Positions 59,331-64,000 of a DNA stretch of 64,000 nt are shown here, piece after piece. Numbering within the stretch: position 1 is the first letter of the stretch; each line of letters starts with the position of its first letter. The notes beneath the pieces are model-generated. The model had not been told where the DNA came from. It worked only from the letters and a program-made list of their open reading frames with translations, and made no database searches. The stretch comes from Octopus sinensis (Eukaryota), in NCBI RefSeq assembly GCF_006345805.1, contig NC_043006.1, positions 28,954,001 to 29,018,000 of the forward strand, given 5' to 3'. Both the position numbers and the translations under genes were made by a program.

Positions 59331-61964
59331 ATGAAACAAAAAAAAAAACAAAATCTAAAAAATTCAGTTTTGTTCTTGTTTACATATATTTCATTTCAAA
59401 TGCTTCACTTCAAGTGTTTTAAGGGTGCATGAAAATGAGCGGGAGGCAGAGTTACACTGTGGATGACAAGAAAAAGTGAGAAATGAATGATTGAGGTGGG
59501 CCAGTGTGGTGATTGCTTGAAATCAACTAATTCAAAAGGAATCGAGGCCACTGTAGCAGAAGTTGAAAAGGTAGAGTGAAGAGACACATCACATATGCGA
59601 ATCCTAGGTTAGTTTGCATTGAAAAGTAATTCCATGCCATTCGAGTGGCCTTTTTTTGGGAGATGATCTAGGATGTCTGTATATGTTATGGAGGTACTGT
59701 ATAAGATAGGAGCAATAAATACTCCATTTATACTTAGTAACTGTAGAGAGCTAAGGTGGCCAATATTTGTGATGAGAAATAATCAGATATTATCATTATT
59801 GATGATAGCCAAAAATTTGTAGCAATTTTGAGGGTTTCTTGTATTGTTCATAATTTTGTTCAAGGATACAAAATTATTTTCTTGACACGTAGTGATTGCA
59901 TCCTCATGTTGCTGAAGGTGACACGATTATATACTGTCTTGTGTTACAATTTTAATCACTAAAAGCATTACAACCATATCAGGATGTCTATGCCCAGTTA
60001 TTGATACTAACAGGAGCTGATCGGTCCAGCAGTACACCTTTTGCACATGACTCAATGCTTTGTCATTTCATTTAAAAGGCTTACTATTCTAAAGTCCAAT
60101 CTAATTTCACCATATGAACTCTACTTTGATGTATTTTTGTGATGTTCAAATTTTAATACATGACATTTCATCCAAACCATCTGGATTACACGTTAGTTGA
60201 GGTGGTTATCTTTCTTGTATGTATAAGCCAATATATCAAAATGGGCTTTTTTGAACGGTGAAATTAAGTAAACATGGAGTAACATATAGCATTATTTTAA
60301 ATTTTGCTTTAAAAAAGACATTATTTCATAAATATAAGCCTTAACTTATTACTAACCAATCAATCACAATAAACAATGTAACATACATTCTGATTTGAGC
60401 AGTACTTGAACAAGATATAAAGGAATAAAATGATGTGATAACCACTTTTAAAACATCAACCATACATTCTGAGTTTGTAGACATGCACTAAATTTTAATT
60501 CAATGATAAAAATGTAACCAGTATGAATAGATATGTCTAGTTTTCATTTACAAATACTTTCTAAACTAAACTTATTTAATCTAAATATGTTTGGGTAACT
60601 ATATTGTCATTAATTTGATATGAGTTTAACCATAAATCAGAAAATAAATGCAGTAAATCTATAAGCAAAAAAATTATGGCACTTAAATTTTCAATCTGTT
60701 CAAACTATGTATTAAAAAAAGATTCTTTTAAAGAAAAAAAAATGTCATTTAGCAAAGAAAAAAATGAAGTGTGTAAAAAAAAATAGTTGTAAATATAAAT
60801 ATGGAAACCAGTCAATAATAAAAAGAATAATTGAATGGGTGTGTGAACAATACTAGTGTAGCAAAAGACAAACTTCAGGAAAGGTGACAATGTAATTGTT
60901 AACCTAGATTTAGTTATTCAAGTGCTGACATTCCAGAGTGCTAGGTTATAAAGAATGTTGCTTGGATAGATCTGTATACTCAACTCAATGCATATATCAC
61001 CCACCACACATGAATGGCTTTTTAGTCTCTGAAACATAAGGTGGGGTAGCTTACATGCCATAAATACTTTGAGGTGGTTACCTGATTTTAGAGTGACATT
61101 TCTCAAGGATAGAGTAGCTGTCTTAATCTTTTGAGATTTTTGTAGTAAATTCCTAAACAATCTCAGTGTTAGATTTTCTTTATAAAAAAATTACTATCAT
61201 ATTTTACAAACTTCTGATTTAGTTTATTCAAATAAATAAGATAATCTTTCATGTGTACAATAACTATCACTGGAAAAGTTTTTATCATTTTTTATCCATC
61301 CATCTTCTCTGCTCAATATTTCTGAGAAAGTCAAAGGTTAAAGTCCTTGGGCACTTCCTCCATATAGTCCTATCAGAAACAACCACCATGACACTTTCTG
61401 GCTGGATTTCCAAGTGTAACCAACTGAGACCATGGATATTAGCCAACCACCTTGTTTTCAGTCTACCCCAAGGTCTCCTGGTTGGTTTGGTTTGAAGAAT
61501 CCATCTTGTGATTTTTTCCTATGACATTTTAATCACATACCAATAGTACTGGAACTGTGACTTTTCAAAGTGAAGAAGTAGCAGCTCAACCTGGAGAGAT
61601 TCCCAAATCTCCAAGATAAAGATACTTCAGAGATCCTTCTGAAGGACCCCATATCAGCCACTTGGGTAATGACCAAAAGAGTGTAATCCGAAACACAACA
61701 TTCATTATCATAGGTTAAAATAAGCCAAATTGTAGATAATGAGTTTTGCTGTTTTCTAACTTCTTATCTGACTACCAAATGCTGGAGATGGCACATTGCT
61801 GTGCCAGCCCTTGCAATTCTATCTAATTTAGCCTCCTCCTTCCCATCATTTGTGAATACAGCCCTAAAATCCTTAAACTTCTCCACTTGATTCAATGATG
61901 TTCTACTAACATGCAGAATGTTACTGAGAAGACTTTCTTGAGAGAACCAATGTCTCAGTCTTCA

Positions 61965-62260
61965 TCATCATTTAACATCTCTGTTCCATGCTAGCATGGG
62001 TGGGACGGTACAAGAGCCAGTCGGCCAAAGCCTGCACCAGACTTCTGTGATTGTTATGGCAGGATTTTTACAGCTGGATGCCATTCCTCAGCAGAATGTG
62101 AATAGTGCTTTTTATGTGGCACAAGCACAGGCAAGCTCAGTTTTGGCAAGGCTTTTACAGCTGGATGCCCTTCTGGAACCAACCACTTTACAGTGTGGAC
62201 TGGATGCTTTTAAGTGGCACCTGCATTGACAAGGTCACCAAGTACATACAAGACAAAAAC
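61965..62260 (-). mobile_element. RTE-type 3' tail fragments
   Basis: catcatcatttaacatctctgttccatgctagcatggg; tacagctggatgcc occurs twice. Confidence 0.7.
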
Positions 62261-63059
62261 TTTTAAGAGGAGAGGAGGTATTGATGAAAAGGTTATAGTG
62301 AGACAGATATAGGTGTTTTGCTGAAGTGGAAGTACAAGGTTACCCAGCCAGAGAGAGAAAGATCAGGAATGAAGACAGAAACGGGTGTGCTACTGTCAAG
62401 AAAATACACATTTGCCCAACCTGAGGGAAGTACAGGAGGAGAGTGAGAGAGAGAGTGGGAGACCGCAGGATGGAGATGGTGGCAAAATGCTGGGCATGCT
62501 CATAAGGAACAGGGATCGGAATATAAATGAGATCATTGAGTAAAGGAAGAGAGATATATAGATTGTGGCAAGTGCCAGGGCATAGTCTTCAGGTTCAAAT
62601 GCCATAAGTGAAAGGATATTGTGAAGGGAGTGTGATTAAAGAGTGCAAGTAAGAGGATAAAGACCTGGGTATTTATAGAGCTGGAGGGATAGGAATGATA
62701 CAGCGGAACATGAGTATGAGGACAGGATTGGAGAGCGAGAGCTAGGGATAGTGTATGAAGGAGGAAATGCGAGAAAGAGATGTAAATTGGTTTGTTGAGG
62801 TAGGGTGAGGGAAAAATTTTTGTTACGTGTGTGTGTGTGTGTGTGTGTGGAACAGCCAGGTTGGGGGCTAGCAGATGGCAATAATAGAGCGAGACAAGGT
62901 ATGTGGGTAGAATGCACAGGTCGGGGGGCAAGCAGAGAGCAATGATACAGTGGCACCAGGCCAAGAAGACAAGATTGGGGAGTGAGAGGTAATCATAGTA
63001 CATGAAGTGGAAATGTGAGGAAGAGAAGGGATATAAAGATGTAGTTTGGTTTGTTGTGG

Positions 63060-63720
63060 TCGAGTGTGTGAGAGGTTTTCTACATAGTTCTTCTGGAACT
63101 GTTTCACTGTTGGACATAAGAGGTCTTAACTTCATATCGCCACACATTTCTGTCCCTTGTCATTACCTCCATCAGGTCCTTACCACTTCATCCCAGGTCT
63201 TCCTGGACCTCCCTCTTCCACAGGTACCGTCCACTTTCAGTGATGGGCACTTCTTTATGCAGCTGTCCTCATTCATACACATCACATGTCCAAACCAGCA
63301 TAGTCTTCTCTCTTGCATACTATATTTGATTCCTCTTATGTCCAACTTTTCTCTCTACATTTGCACTTTGTCACACATGTTCACTGATGTTGCACATCCA
63401 ACAGAGCATACTACCTTCATTTCTCTCCAGTCTATGCATGTCTTCTGCATTCAGAGCCCATGTCTCACTACCATGGAGTATAGCCATTTGTACACAAGCA
63501 TCATAGAGTCTACCTTTCACTCTGACAAGCCACTCTTCTACTCCTAACTTTCTTAGAGACAACCATATAACAGAGCGGGGAAGTCTGTCAAAAGCTTTCT
63601 CCAGGTCAATGAAAGCTAAATACAACGGCTTACTTTTGGCTAAGTATTTCTCCTGCAGCCATCTCCCTAGGAAGATGGCATCTGTAGTACTCTTCCCAAA
63701 TACAAAACCAAACTCCATAT
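63060..63720 (-). mobile_element. RTE-LINE copy with an internal deletion of the RT core
   Basis: ORF 63371-63718 joins ...DLEKAFDRLP...VEEWLVR directly to VKGRLYDACV...LHGSETWAL. Confidence 0.9.
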
Positions 63721-64000
63721 TTTTCTATTCCAAGAAACCAATAAATATGTTGAAACAGTTTTGTGTTTTGAAACTTAATGCTAATAAGTATGTGTGTATG
63801 TGTTGTTGGTGTACATTTCCTGCCTTACCTAAATATCTATGCTTTAGCTTTTTTGCTTGGAAATATTTTGCATGGGAGCCAGACCGGTGGCACTGGCAAC
63901 AACCATGCTCGAATGTTGTTTTTCACGTCAATTTCTTTTATCTCTTATTTTTATATTTATTGCTTTGTTCAATATTATTTAATTTTTATTACAGATAAAC

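Overview
AT-rich eukaryotic genomic DNA, almost certainly Octopus (inferred from the recognisable octopus SINE, RTE-LINE and mariner repeat families and dense microsatellites). Most of the window is a mosaic of decayed mobile elements: RTE, CR1/L2-like and L1/Tx1-like LINEs, two tRNA-derived SINE families, three Tc1/mariner copies, a full-length decayed hAT, hAT and TTAA MITEs, Helentron-type elements, a Gypsy gag-protease remnant, a Merlin-like remnant inside a long inverted repeat, and Penelope-like elements (PLEs). I could not identify any host protein-coding gene with confidence. A CpG-retaining domain at about 5.0-8.3 kb contains candidate divergent first exons, and CpG depletion on both sides suggests the rest is methylated intron. 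Nearly all ORFs in the supplied track are microsatellite artefacts or transposon fragments. I found no clearly new biological system. The best leads are: hammerhead-ribozyme-like motifs at three PLE-related loci; a PLE bracketed by about 0.6 kb inverted termini; an ORF1-only (HAL1-like) retroposon behind a CCAAT/E-box/TATA cluster; a 2.6 kb Merlin-related foldback; and two locally templated duplications. Coordinates of decayed elements are approximate, and all family assignments come from motifs read by eye, not from database searches.
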